A program made the position numbers and the translations under genes. From NCBI GenBank assembly GCA_964035575.1, contig OZ037844.1, positions 1,426,001 through 1,490,000 on the forward strand: a stretch of 64,000 nt of DNA, given 5' to 3'. Source of the DNA: Rhynchopus sp. YZ270_cl-10. Lineage: Eukaryota. The notes under the pieces were generated by a model. It searched no databases. It worked only from the letters and a program-made list of their open reading frames with translations, and was not told the origin of the DNA. Below, piece by piece: positions 24,229-36,419 of the stretch (position 1 is its first letter; each line of letters begins with the position of its first letter).

Positions 24229-25128
24229 ATGACCCCATGGGACGAAGCCGACCGACACGCCCCCGATGCAGAGGGGTACGGCTGGCTGGTGTACCTCGGT
24301 GTGCCTACGATTCTGGCAGTGGCTGCGGGGGTCGCCTATCTATGGTGGGCAAGCCGGTATGAAGCTGCCGTGGCGAAGGAGCTTGGGGAGCTGGTGTTAG
24401 GGGTGCTGGGGGAGCAGGAAGGGGCACTGTGGCGCCGTCTGCACGCCTCAATCCGCGGGTCCTGCGAAAAGCCTCTGGTGTACGCCTTCGAACGCAGCAT
24501 CCGCTCACAGCTCGGCCGTCCCGAGGTGCTACACACCTCTACCCTTGTATTTGAAGACGCGCCACCAGGGTTTCTCCGTGTCAGTGTAGAAGTGAAATTT
24601 GTAAAACAAAGTGCATTAGTAGGGATTTGCTGGGAGCCTGCCGACGGAAACACCCCCGCAGCAATCGGCAGCCTCACGGTGGACCCTGAGGACAGCGCGC
24701 TTGACATTATCTCCCACGCAAACTCGTCTGCGTTTGAGCAAAAATCGGACGTCTTTTTCGCGCACTTCTTTGCTCAGAGGCATGAGGCAACGAGGGGGAT
24801 GATGCACGACAACCTGAAGGCAAAAATGTCTGCAGAACTACTGTCCAAACAACAACAGAACTTGGCCCGCCATATGGGGATCACCACGTTGTACGAACCT
24901 GACGCAGCATATGACACAGCAGCAGTAGAGAACCTAGGCGGCATGCGACTCATGGTCATCTCTGCGGTGCTGCAAGGCGACGCACAAAACGCAGTTGCGG
25001 TACTCCACTGGGCAGTGTCCGGCATGCGCAGTGAGCTCATCAAATTTGAAATCAAAACCACCGGCAAACCCAACAAAGAAACCGTCTTCGTCAATCCAGA
25101 CGGCTCACGGATTACAGAGATGGAGTGA
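24229..25128 (+). CDS. Hypothetical single-pass membrane protein (~299 aa)
   Basis: Coding-like ORF with ATG after a C/T-rich tract and CAG. Hydrophobic segment WLVYLGVPTILAVAAGVAYLWW near the N-terminus. Confidence 0.7.
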   Translation: MTPWDEADRHAPDAEGYGWLVYLGVPTILAVAAGVAYLWWASRYEAAVAKELGELVLGVLGEQEGALWRRLHASIRGSCEKPLVYAFERSIRSQLGRPEVLHTSTLVFEDAPPGFLRVSVEVKFVKQSALVGICWEPADGNTPAAIGSLTVDPEDSALDIISHANSSAFEQKSDVFFAHFFAQRHEATRGMMHDNLKAKMSAELLSKQQQNLARHMGITTLYEPDAAYDTAAVENLGGMRLMVISAVLQGDAQNAVAVLHWAVSGMRSELIKFEIKTTGKPNKETVFVNPDGSRITEME

Positions 25129-25764
25129 ATCTGCAAAAGGGGAGGTAATTTTTTTTTTTTTAAATCCCGGCAGACCAGGACTTTCCCTATCGGGACCCCA
25201 GAGATTTTTTCAAAAAAGTCTGTTTTCCCCGCAGACTGTATATCGCGAAACGCTCCCCCAGCCCAAATCCCAGAACCTCTTAGAAAAGTAACCAAAGACC
25301 CCTTGTCTTTTGCAAAATCTTTTTTTTCTCTCCCACCTCTTCTGCCTGAACGACGAATGGAAACCTCATTTGGCATGTAGGTGACGAAAGGTTCAATCCG
25401 CATGATACAAACTTTCCCTTCTTTATTTCACCATAAATCCATGATTTTCCGCCTTACCCCACCTTCACTTCAACCCCCAAATACTCCACCCATCCTTTTC
25501 TTAGGTTACCATTTCCCCATCATCCCCACACACACACATGACACCACAGTGCTGAACGACGCACGCTATACGGACCCTCCCCTCTTTTTTCCTCTCTTCC
25601 CTTGGCACACAACACACCACAACACCGAGACAGCACATCGTTGCCTGAGTGGGGTGCGGTACGTAACAGTACTCCTAGAAGTGTTAGGAAAAATACGGTG
25701 TGGGTAGCTGTAGCATAGAGAACGAGAGCGAGAGAGAGAGAGAGTGTGAGTATTGGACAAGAAT

Positions 25765-27622
25765 ATGTGCTTTGACAAGTACGTTCTTGTGGCCAGTGCC
25801 GGGTGGGCATGGCTCCTTAGTACATTTCTCTATTGGCAAGAGTTGGATCGTGCGGCAGAGACAGGGAGGTGGACCACATACGTCCTCTCAGGGCTCACGT
25901 TTCTGTCGTATGTTCAGGCATGTGTCACACCGGCAGGGGCTGTGCCTGAAACCTGGGTATGTGTTTCGTAGGGTGCTTTGGTGGAGAGTCTCTCCGCTTT
26001 TCGAATTCAACCCCCCTTAAATGTTTTCAACGAATCAAAAATGATTTTTCTAAGCGTTGAAGGTGTTTCTATCTTAGTAAAAAACCTTTGAGTGATATTG
26101 GTAGAAGCTGGCAGGGGATCGGAAGGAAAAAGTAAAACTATAACAAAACTACAGAAAACGTCGCCGCTAGCAGGAGACCAGAGTGGGGCGCCGCTCACAG
26201 GTGGGCGGAGGCGATGGTGCGCGAAGTGTGCTATATGGAAGCCTGCGCGCACGCACCACTGCTCCATCTGCAAAACGTATGTAGTTCCACTCAACTAGGT
26301 GTCCAAAATTATCATAGTAAAAAAACCACCTTATTCGGTGGCTACATAATACCAGAAGTCACATAAAAGTGGTGGGATAAATGGAGTACGAAAAAATTGT
26401 CGCCACGAAACCACCTATTTTTGTCCCCAGGCATTCCCCCAACGCTGGGCCATCTATGAACGGGGAGAGATTTTTTTATTAGCTCTCAGCAAGTTCTCAC
26501 AGGCTCAGACTCTCACAAACTCTCACAGCCTGTTTGCGTGTCTCACGGAGACGATCATAGATGAACCAAAAGTGCCCTTTTATTTGAAATAAAAAGAAAT
26601 TTGGTATATTTTACTCTAAAAAAAAAACCCCACACAGCTGCGTGCTACGCTACGACCACCACTGCCCCTGGATCGGAAACTGCGTCGGCTTCTGCAACTA
26701 TAAGTTCTTTCTGTTGCTTGTTGCGTACAACACTGCGTTGTTCTGGACGCTCCTTGCGGTGGGGTGGCACACCTTCCGTGACGCAGTTTTTGTCCCATAC
26801 CATACACCACTACGCGCCGATCTGTCTAAGGTCTCCAAGCTTGCAGTGCACAACTTCATTACCGCCTACGCTGTTACTGCGATTCTTGCGTTGATGTTCA
26901 CGATGTTCGCTTGCCACCACGCCAAGCTTGCTGCAGCCAACACTACCACCGTCGAAGAGCTTGAACGAAGTGGTCATCAATATGATCTCGGCTGCGTCAG
27001 CAACCTCCGCTCCTCCTTGGGTAGATGGATGATTCTCTGGCCCCTCCCCATCGGACGCAAATCTCCCGAAGATGGCACCCAATTTCCTCGAAACGAACTC
27101 CCCCCACTGCCGCCGCCCCCAGAGAAACACGACGTCCGCATCTCTCTGACCCACGACATCTTGGCAGAGGTGCTTCCCCTTCAGGAACACTATGCAGGCA
27201 AGCCGCCTCGTCTCCCACCGACGCACACTGCAGAGAGAGAGCCCCCATTAATGCGGAAGGGTTCTACCATGACGGCATATACTCTCGCACGGAGTAGCAG
27301 TTGTGGAAGCGAACGGCTTGGTGTGCTCGGGGAAACGCAAGCAGGGAACAACCTCAGGTCGTATGGGACAAATTCCACGCAGGTGTCAACAGAATGGCTG
27401 GCAGCAGCGGGAAGTGGTGTAGGCAGTGGGATGGGAGGCACCGTCTCTGCTCACCTTGAGGCGCCTCCAGCCCCATCACGGAAGCGGAGGAGTGGGGTGA
27501 GGAGAAGTGGAGGCATAGGAGACCCAGACTGTATCGCAGTAGGGTTGCAACGCAGCGTGTCGGAAGATTCTGAAAGCCCGAAGGCCATCCCAACCCACCA
27601 CGTCATAGATGTCGCGTGTTGA
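25765..27622 (+). CDS. DHHC (zf-DHHC) palmitoyltransferase, 3 exons: 25765-25956, 26155-26276, 26638-27622
   Basis: Splicing two GTATGT...CAG introns (25957-26154, 26277-26637) rebuilds [45 protein letters not shown] in frame. Four TM segments and the NTTTVE motif are present. Confidence 0.92.
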
Positions 27623-28173
27623 AGGAATGTGGGGGGTGTGAGGTAGGGGCTTTTTTTTAAATGTGTCTGAGTATCTGCATGTCATTATTCCCTTTGATGT
27701 GATAGTGCGGGATCTCGTTGTCGCCCTTTTGCAATGAGCGTTTTTAGGGGGTTTTTTTTTAAACTTTTTATTTTTCAATTGTGTGTCTTTTGTCTGTTCT
27801 GTTCTGACTAAAAAGGAAAAGGATTCGTGAAAAAAAAAAAGGTGAAGGTATCCACAATTTTTTGGGAAACGGAAGAAAGAGGAGGAAAAACCCTCCTCCT
27901 CCCTTCTCCTCCCTCCTCCCCTATCCCCGCTTCTGTGGAGGAAAAGGGGAGGAGCCCAAAGGAGGGAACATATATTATTCCTAAAACGAAGGTGGCGGCG
28001 GTGTTGTATCCATAAAGGGCTTGAGGGAAGGGAGGTTAACGGTAGTGTGTCACACAATTTCGTTGTCTCTCTCTTTCGCCCCTACGTTCCCCCTTTTCCT
28101 GTTAAAAGGTTCCTCAAGCGTGAAATGCGGCTTAAGTTCATCTTATTCATGCATCCTCTCTTTTTTTTATGTA

Positions 28174-28441
28174 CCGACCCTCCCCCGTGAAATTGTCCCC
28201 CCCTCCGACCCCCTTGAAATTGTCCCCCCTGGGGGAAAAAGTGAGGGGGGGACAATATCACGTACGGCAAAAAAGGGGGACAATTTCTCGTACTGTAGGG
28301 GGGTGGCCGTTTTGGTGTGAAGAAGGGAGAGCAAAGGTTGTCCCCGCGACTCCCTTGAAATTGTCCCCCCCTGCCTTGAAATTGTCCGTCGGGGCAAAAT
28401 ACCGGTTTTTGGGGGGGGACAATTTCACGGGGGAGGGTCGG
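28174..28441. mobile_element. MITE with TA TSD (Tc1/mariner-like)
   Basis: TA-CCGACCCTCCCCCGTGAAATTGTCCCC ... GGGGACAATTTCACGGGGGAGGGTCGG-TA. A second copy lies at 63716-63934. Confidence 0.85.
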
Positions 28442-29159
28442 TACACTACTTTTGTGTTCAGAGGTCGACGTTTCTCGACGGACTCAGACCCTCTGTTAAG
28501 TTCATCTGGCTAATTGGTCTCTCTGCTTTGATGTACACTTTTGTGAGCGGAAAGTGTCAGCGTCGTTCGCTCACCCAGCCGTGCTTCGCAACACCACCCA
28601 ATGGTGAGAAACCTATGGTATAAAAGACTGTAGAAGCATCAACACAAAAGTACGACGTAGGTCTCAAAGGTAAAAAAGGACTTCTTAGAAGTAGGCATGA
28701 TGCCATGAGGGTAGTGGTGCTTTCATGTGTGCAAGTGTCCGACAACTTGGTTGAAAGCGTTTTGCGTGTCGCTCATGCTCGTGTCAACCCTTCAGGGGCC
28801 CACCGCCTTCATTGGACAGGTGGCACATGACAATGTTTATTTACACATTTTTTTCTAAAAAGGTGGCAAACACTAGCTTCATCTTACAAAAATTTTCTCT
28901 TTTTTTCGTTCTAAGAATTACTGCCCCAGACAAAAACCTTCTTTTTTTGATTGATAAGTATTCATGCATGTCGGATCCAAACCTAAGTTTTTTTTTAAAA
29001 ATTGTGGAACACATTATCGGGTGTCTGCACATATGTCAACCAATATTTCATGAAGAACCCCAGTCACCTCCTTTGTCTCCTTTGTGTCCCTCCTCCTCAC
29101 CTCACAACCCACGCATAAAAAGGAAAACCACAACACACATTAACGAGAAGTTCAAAACC

Positions 29160-30731
29160 ATGTCGAAGCGACATACAGACAGCACACCCGACGAGAAGGA
29201 ACCAAAGAGAAGAAAGCTTTCAGACTCGGTCTTGGTGGAGGCTGCCAGGAACGGCGACACGACTGCCGTGCGGGTGGGACTTGAGAAGCTCATCCCAGAC
29301 ACAGACAGCAAAAGGGTTGCCTTCGATGCTGTGCACGAGGCATGCAGAGGGAACCACGATGAATGCCTCGCACTGCTTCTTCCGTATGTTGAGACAACGC
29401 AGATGGGCTTCGGGATGCTGCTGAGTGAGTGCATCCACGCAGACCACACTGCGTGCACGGAGGTCCTCTTGCAGCATTGGAAGTCAGTCTGCAGCAAGGT
29501 TGCGTTTGTCCCACACGGGCAGGAGGACAAGAAAGACCGTGCCTGTCCAGCCATGTGGGCGGACCCTGCAGTGTGTCAGGTGCTCATTGATGCAGGTGCA
29601 GACATGGAGACAAAGGACGACATGGGACGTTCGCCTCTGCACTGGGCTTGTCGTTCAGGAGCACTCGCAGTTGCGAAAGTTTTGGTCCAAGCAGGTGCGG
29701 GAGTGTGTGTCACAGACTACTGTGAAAGCACATGTCTTATCCTTGCGGCATATCATGGCCACACCGAGACTGTGCGCTATCTTGTCCGCTTGAAGGAGGT
29801 GGACGTGAACCACAAGGATGAGGACGGCTTCACTGCGGTGCTTGGTGCAGCTCAGCAAAATCAGGCAGATGTGATGAAGGTGCTCATTGATGCAGGGGCA
29901 GACGTCGAGGCGAAGAACATCCATGGTCGTTCACCTCTGCTGTGTGCAAGCGTCGAAGGGCATCTCGATATTGTGAAGATGTTGGTCGAAGCAGGTGCTG
30001 GAGTGTGTGTCACAGACAACAAAGGAGATACGTGTCTTACCCTTGCGGCAAACTTTGGCCACACCGAGACTGTGCGCTATCTTGTTGGATTGAAGGATGT
30101 GGACGTGAACCACAAGGATGAGGACGGCAGCACTGCGGTGCTTTGTGCAGTTCTGCAAAAACATTCAGATGTGGTGGAGGTGTTCATTGGTGCAGGGGCA
30201 GACATCGAGGTAAAGGACGACGATGGTCGTTCACCTCTGCTGTGTGCAAGCGTCGAAGGGCATCTCGATATTCTGAAGATGTTGGTCAAAGCAGGTGCTG
30301 GAGTGTGTGTCACAGACAACGAAGGAGATACGTGTCTTACCCTTGCGGCAAGCTTTGGCCACACCGAGACTGTGCGTACTCTTCTGTGCATGCCTGAGGT
30401 GGATGTGAATCACCAAGGAATGAATAACCAAACTGCGTTGCACAGTGCTGTGGACGAAGGACACCCCGATGTGGTGCAGCTGCTCATTGATGCAGGGGCT
30501 GACATCGAGGTAAAGGACGAGGTTGGTCGTTCACCTCTGCTGTGTGCAAGCGTCGAAGGGCATCTCGATATTGTGAAGATGTTGGTCGAAGCAGGTGCGG
30601 GAACAGACAAAGAAAGAGTAATGTGTTGTATGCTTGCGTCACAGGAAGGACACACATGCGCTATCTTGAGGGCTTACGTAAGGGATGTGAATCGCGCAGG
30701 TGAGGACGTTACTGCATGGGACCTAGGTTGA
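29160..30731 (+). CDS. Ankyrin-repeat protein, family copy 2 (~11 repeats)
   Basis: Conserved N-terminus and ANK modules. A small deletion near 30655 shifts the last codons relative to copies 3 and 4. Confidence 0.85.
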   Translation: MSKRHTDSTPDEKEPKRRKLSDSVLVEAARNGDTTAVRVGLEKLIPDTDSKRVAFDAVHEACRGNHDECLALLLPYVETTQMGFGMLLSECIHADHTACTEVLLQHWKSVCSKVAFVPHGQEDKKDRACPAMWADPAVCQVLIDAGADMETKDDMGRSPLHWACRSGALAVAKVLVQAGAGVCVTDYCESTCLILAAYHGHTETVRYLVRLKEVDVNHKDEDGFTAVLGAAQQNQADVMKVLIDAGADVEAKNIHGRSPLLCASVEGHLDIVKMLVEAGAGVCVTDNKGDTCLTLAANFGHTETVRYLVGLKDVDVNHKDEDGSTAVLCAVLQKHSDVVEVFIGAGADIEVKDDDGRSPLLCASVEGHLDILKMLVKAGAGVCVTDNEGDTCLTLAASFGHTETVRTLLCMPEVDVNHQGMNNQTALHSAVDEGHPDVVQLLIDAGADIEVKDEVGRSPLLCASVEGHLDIVKMLVEAGAGTDKERVMCCMLASQEGHTCAILRAYVRDVNRAGEDVTAWDLG

Positions 30732-31787
30732 CACGATGGGTAGCCAGGGTGACGAATATTCACAGGTAATGTGCAAAGAGACACACATATCCAGGGTGGG
30801 TCTTAGTCGTATCACGGTGAGGTTTTAAAGTACCGTTAACGGAACTATTCTGGGTTACTATTGAGAAGTATTCTGGGCCGGAACAAAACTGGAACACTTG
30901 GGTTTTTTGGGGGTGTCTAAGTTTTGTTCCGGCCCAGAATAGTTCTGGTTGTGGTAGAACCCTTTTTCGACATTTCGGGAGAAACGCCCCAGAGTTAGGA
31001 ATATGCCTGTCCTCGTTTTTTTACAAGGCACGGATAACCAGTGCGGAACCAAACTGGAACAATCGACGGTTTTTTGGGGTGTTCCAGTTTTATTCCGGCC
31101 CAGAATAAATCTTTTTACTGTAGACATAGCCTCTTTTTCTTTGTCATGTCTGTTACTGTGTTTGTGACGTTTTGTGAGCGGAAAGTGTCAGCGTCGTTCG
31201 CTCACCCAGCCGTGCTTTGCAACACCACCCTATGGTGAGAAACCTATGGTATAAAAGACTGTAGAAGCATCAACACAAAAGTACGACGTAGGTCTCAAAG
31301 GTAAAAAAGGACTTCTTAGAAGTAGGCATGATGCCATGAGGGTAGTGGTGCTTTCATGTGTGCAAGTGTCCGACAACTTGGTTGAAAGCGTTTTGCGTGT
31401 CGCTCATGCTCGTGTCAACCCTTCAGGGGCCCACCGCCTTCATTGGACAGGGGGCACATGACAATGTTTATTTACAGATTTTTGAAAAGGTGGCAAACAC
31501 TAGATTCATCTTACAAAAAATTGCTCTTTTTTTCGTTCTAAGAATTACTGCCCCAGACAAAAACCTTCTTTTTTTTTGATTGATAAGTATTCATGCATGT
31601 CGGATCCAAACCTAAGTTTTTTTTTTTAAATTGTGGAACACATTATCGGGTGTCTGCACATATGTCAACCAATATTTCATGAAGAACCCAGACACCTCCT
31701 TTGTCTCCTTTGTGTCCCTCCTCCCCACCTCACAATCCACGCATAAAAAGGAAAACCACAACACACATTAACGAGAAGTTCAAAACC

Positions 31788-32753
31788 ATGTCGAAGCGAC
31801 ACACAGACAGCACACCTGACGAGAAGGAACCAAAGAGAAGAAAGCTTCCAGACTCGGTCTTGGTGGAGGCTGCCAAGAACGGCGACACGACTGCCGTGCG
31901 GGTGGGACTTGAGAAGCTCATCCCAGACACAGACAGCAAAACGGTTGCCTTCGATGCTGTGCACGAGGCATGCAGAGGGAACCACGATGAATGCCTCGCA
32001 CTGCTTCTTCCGTATGTTGAGACAACGCAGATGGGCTTCGGGATGCTGCTGAGTGAGTGCATCCACGCAGACCACACTGCGTGCACGGAGGTCCTCTTGC
32101 AGCATTGGAAGTCAGTCTGCAGCAACGTTGCGTTTTTTGTCCCACACGGGCAGGAGGCAAACATCCAAGGTAATGCACCTCGTCCCTGTCCAGCCATGTG
32201 GGCGGACCCTGCAGTGTGTCAGGTGCTCATTGATGCAGGGGCAGACATCGAGACAAAGGACGACATGGGACGTTCACCTCTGCTGTTGGCAAGCAGTTCA
32301 GGGCATCTCGATATTGTGAAGATGTTGGTCCAAGCAGGTGCGGGGGTGCGTGACACAGACAACGAAGGAGACACATGTCTTATCCTTGCGGCAAACTTTG
32401 GCCACACCGAGACTGTGCGTGTTCTTCTGTGCATGCCTGAGGTGGACGTGAATCACCAAGGCATGAATAACCACACTGCGTTGCACAGTGCTGTGGACGA
32501 AGGACACCCCGATGTGGTGCAGCTGCTCATTGATGCAGGGGCAGACATCGAGACGAAGGACACGGATGGGCTTTCACCTCTGTGGTTGGCAAGCACTTTA
32601 GGGCATCTCGATGTTGTGAAGATGTTGGTCGAAGCAGGTGCGGGAACAGACGACGAAAGAAAGATGTGTTATATGATTGCGTCACAGCAAGGACACACGG
32701 AGACTGTGCGCTATCTTGAGGGCTTACGTAAGGAATGTGAATCACGCAGGTGA
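31788..32753 (+). CDS. Ankyrin-repeat protein, family copy 3 (short, ~5 repeats)
   Basis: Conserved MSKRH...KRRKL N-terminus, one module plus the terminal cap (YLEGLRKECESRR). Confidence 0.85.
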   Translation: MSKRHTDSTPDEKEPKRRKLPDSVLVEAAKNGDTTAVRVGLEKLIPDTDSKTVAFDAVHEACRGNHDECLALLLPYVETTQMGFGMLLSECIHADHTACTEVLLQHWKSVCSNVAFFVPHGQEANIQGNAPRPCPAMWADPAVCQVLIDAGADIETKDDMGRSPLLLASSSGHLDIVKMLVQAGAGVRDTDNEGDTCLILAANFGHTETVRVLLCMPEVDVNHQGMNNHTALHSAVDEGHPDVVQLLIDAGADIETKDTDGLSPLWLASTLGHLDVVKMLVEAGAGTDDERKMCYMIASQQGHTETVRYLEGLRKECESRR

Positions 32754-33581
32754 GGACGTTGCTGCATGGGACCTTGCATCGATGCAGCAACATGAGATGT
32801 GGTGCAGGTTGACACGATGGGGAGGCAGCTGCCTGAGCATTGTCGTCCTTGTACTGGGCAGTGCCTTCTCTTCGCAGGAGCGTTTCTTTTCCACAAGTGT
32901 GCAGTGCGTCTGGTTGTGGAATACGTTCTTCGGATTTCGTGACTCTTTCTTTCCTTCCCTTTTGTTCTTCACTGGTCTTTTGGGGTTTGTTGGGTAGCCA
33001 GGGTGATGAACATTGGCAGGTAGCCTACAAAGAGACACATGTCCAGGGTGGGTCTTTGTCGTGTCACGGTGAGGTTTTAAAGTAGTTTTTTTTGTTGCCA
33101 CCCTCTTTTTCTTTGTCATGTCTGTTACTGTGTTTGTGACGTTTTGTGAGCGGAAAGTGTCAGCGTCGTTCGCTCACCCAGCCGTGCTTCGCAACACCAC
33201 CTTATGGTGAGACCTCATGAAGACTGGGAGCGTCAACACAAAAGTACGACGTAGGTCTCAAAGGTAAAAAAGGACTTCTTAGAAGTAGGCATGATGCCAT
33301 GAGGGTAGTGGTGCTTTCATGTGTGCAAGTGTCCGACAACTTGGTTGAAAGCGTTTTGCGTGTCGCTCATGCTCGTGTCAACCCTTCAGGGGCCCACCGC
33401 CTTCATTGGACAGGTGGCAAACACTAGATTTGTCTGACAAGAATTTTCTCGCTTTTTTTCGTTCTAAGAATTACTGCCCCAGACAAAAACCTTCTTTTCA
33501 ACTTACCTTCCTTCACCCCCCCTGTAAGGGTAACCGTAGGTGAAGTAAGGTATAGTATTGAAATCGATGTGGGGGGGGGGG

Positions 33582-34771
33582 TAGGTGGGGGCAAAACCTT
33601 CAGGACGGGTGAGGCATTTTGACTTTTTTGGACTTCCGCGCAAAGTACCCACAAACCACCCCTCATACACCCCCAGAAATGGGTCAGAAACACCCTGTGA
33701 CCCGAAAATCCATGATAAGGGCACCTCAGAATATGAAAAAATGCAAAAAAATAGTGAAAAAGTGGCCTTTTGACGGTTTTGGCCATGTTGGGTAAAATGA
33801 CCATTTTTGGACAAAAAAATCAAAAAAACAGCAAAATTTCGACATCATGACAGCTGCTTGGGCACAAAACTACCCCAGGGAGGTCCTGTGAGTCCATTCC
33901 GACCTGTTTTGGACACTTTAGGTACTTTTTTTGGCCGTTTTTTGGCGTTTTTAGGTGAAAAAAGATCCCCTGACTATCCCCTGGCAGCCCTGGGCCGCGA
34001 CTTGCGCCCTGCTTTTGGACCCCCTCTGGGCCAAAAAATGGGTGAAAACCCCCGAAAAAGCACTCTGGGAACCCAGATAGTTCCAAATATCCACTAGAAA
34101 CCCACCCAAACACCTCAAAAACATGCCAGAAAAACATTTTCAAAAACACACTTTTTCAAATAAGTCATTATGGAACCTGCCCAGATGAACTTTTTGAAAA
34201 AAGTGTGTTTTTGAAAATATTTTTCTGGCATGTTTTTGAGGTGTTTGGGTGGGTTTCTAGTGGATATTTGGAACTATCTGGGTTCCCGGAGTGCTTTTTC
34301 GGGGGTTTTCACCCATTTTTTGGCCCAGAGGGGGTCCAAAAGCAGGGCGCAAGTCGCGGCCCAGGGCTGCCAGGGGATAGTCAGGGGATATTTTTTGACC
34401 TCAAAACACCAAAAAAAAACACCAAAAAGGGCGATAAATGTGTTCAAAACAGGTCGGAATGGACTCGCGGGACATTTTTGGGGCATATTTGTGCCCAGAC
34501 AGGCCTAATGATGACAAAATTTTGCTTTTTTTTTGAAATATTGGTCAAAAATGGCCATTTTGACCAATATGGCCCAAACGGCCAAAATGGTCTATTTTTG
34601 CTATTTTTTTCCATTTTTTTGTATCTCTGGGGTGTCTCACCTATAGAACACCCCCAAACCACACCCCAAAACCATCTCTGACCCGAAATTTTCGGTGGTT
34701 TGCGGGTACTTTGCGCGTAAATCCAAAAAAATCGAAATGCCTCAAAAAAATAGGGGTTTTGCCCCCACCTA
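33582..34771. mobile_element. Foldback (palindromic) element 1, ~600-bp arms
   Basis: Arms are inverted around a short spacer at ~34160-34190 containing TTATGGAACCTGCC. Ends TAGGTGGGGGCAAAACC / GGTTTTGCCCCCACCTA. Confidence 0.85.
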
Positions 34772-35762
34772 GGCATAGGTGCCCGGCGAGTTAAAACAAC
34801 TCGGCAACTCGCCCAAATTCGGCCAACAACTCGCCCATTTTTTTTGGGCGAGTTGTTTTTTTTTGGGATTTTTTATGGCTACAAAAACACAGGTACACAG
34901 GTACACAGGTACACAGGTACACAGGTACACAGGTACACAGGTACACAGGTACACAGGTACACAGGTACACAGGTACACAGGTACACAGGTACACAGGTAC
35001 ACAGGTACACAGGTACACAGGTACACAGGTACACAGGTACACAGGTACACAGGTACACAGGTACACAGGTACACAGGTACACAGGTACACAGGTACACAG
35101 GTACACAGGTACACCACATCACGTTTTATCTCGTGCATCCCACGCTTCACAGCTGGTCTGTGAATGTGCGCTTTGTGTGGTTTTGTGTATCCCAAAGGAA
35201 GTCGTCGCCCAAAGCATTTTGACTAAACGTGTGAACGTTGTGAACCTGGAATCGATAGCAGACAGGAAAAGAGGATGGGCAGGCAGCGCCTGCCCGACCT
35301 GTGTGAAGTGAATCAGTGATTGCCTGACAGATGTCTGGGGAACCGTGTGTTCTGTGTGTATCCATGTACGGAGTATATCCCATTCCCCCCAGCAATTACC
35401 AAAAGTGCACGGTGGCCCATGGACCACCGCGACCTAGTTACCACCTATGACTAGTCATATGACAAGGTGCATGTAATGAGTGGCGTTTGGCCTTAGCCCT
35501 GGTTGTTTTTCTTGAGATTATGTGTTGTACCAACGTTACATGTGTGTAACCTTACAACGTCACCTCCCATCCCTGTATGTTTTTGCCTGTATAAATGGGC
35601 GAGTTGTGGCCGAGTTGTGGCCGAGTTGTGCCGAGTATAGGGCGAGTTGTGCCGAGTATAGGGCGAGTTGTGGCCGAGTTGTCCGAGTTTTGGGCGAGTT
35701 GTTAGGTGAAATCGTAAAGTTCCGACAACTCGCCCAAAAACGACTCGGCGGGCACCTATGCC
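34772..35762. mobile_element. MITE with TA TSD carrying an 8-bp microsatellite
   Basis: TA-GGCATAGGTGCCCG ... CGGGCACCTATGCC-TA; subterminal CAACTCGG/CCGAGTTG repeats. Confidence 0.8.
34887..35114. repeat. (ACACAGGT)n microsatellite, ~28 copies
   Basis: Perfect 8-bp tandem repeat. Confidence 0.97.
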
Positions 35763-36114
35763 TAGGGGGGGGGGGGGGGGGGGGGAATAGGGGGTCCGAC
35801 TCCTAATACACGGCGGGGTCCACACACCCGAGGGTCCGTAAATTTTACGGACCCTCTTTACGGACCCTCAAGTGCGGACCCGGGTCCGTAATTACGGACC
35901 CTAGGGTCCGTAATTACGTACCCTAGGGTCCGTAATTACGGACCCTAGGGTACGTAATTACGTGGTCTAAGGTGGGAAATCACTGTTTGGATGTGTGACT
36001 GCTGGTCGAAAAGCCCTGGGAGCAAACCGAGTGGTACACAGGTACCACATGATAGACCATGATCATGTGGGCCTATCCCAAGTTACATACCGAAAAAAGT
36101 CGTGAGCTCGGTTA

Positions 36115-36419
36115 GTTGTCAAAGACGTCTTCCACCATGCACTGAGGAGATAATGATCCAACAATTTACAAGAAAGATTACTTAACCTACTGCTGGAAAT
36201 TGCCAGGTCGTAGTAACACACAAAGTGTGCCTCCGTTCGGGAATACCGGATATTCTAGAGACCAAAAAGGCCTCAAGAATATCTTCCGGTAGTCAAGGTA
36301 TAACCGAATGAACGGCCCAAGACCCCCGTGGAGAAGTTAAATGTTGTAATGCTATCAAGTACAAACTGCGAACACTGTCTTACCCTCCTCAATACATGGT
36401 GGAATATTTCTTTGACAAC
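36115..36419. mobile_element. ~300-bp TIR element, with a partial second copy at ~38520-38803
   Basis: GTTGTCAAAGA..TCTTCCACCATGCACTGAGGAG ... CTCCTCAATACATGGTGGAA..TCTTTGACAAC. The body is duplicated near-identically at 38520. Confidence 0.7.

Larger units (their letters stand above)
28539..33500 (+). repeat. Tandem segmental duplication of upstream block + ANK gene (units start ~28539, ~31170, ~33142)
   Basis: Near-identical block TTTTGTGAGCGGAAAGTGTCAGCG...CCCAGACAAAAACCTTC occurs three times. The third copy is broken at ~33500. Confidence 0.9.
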
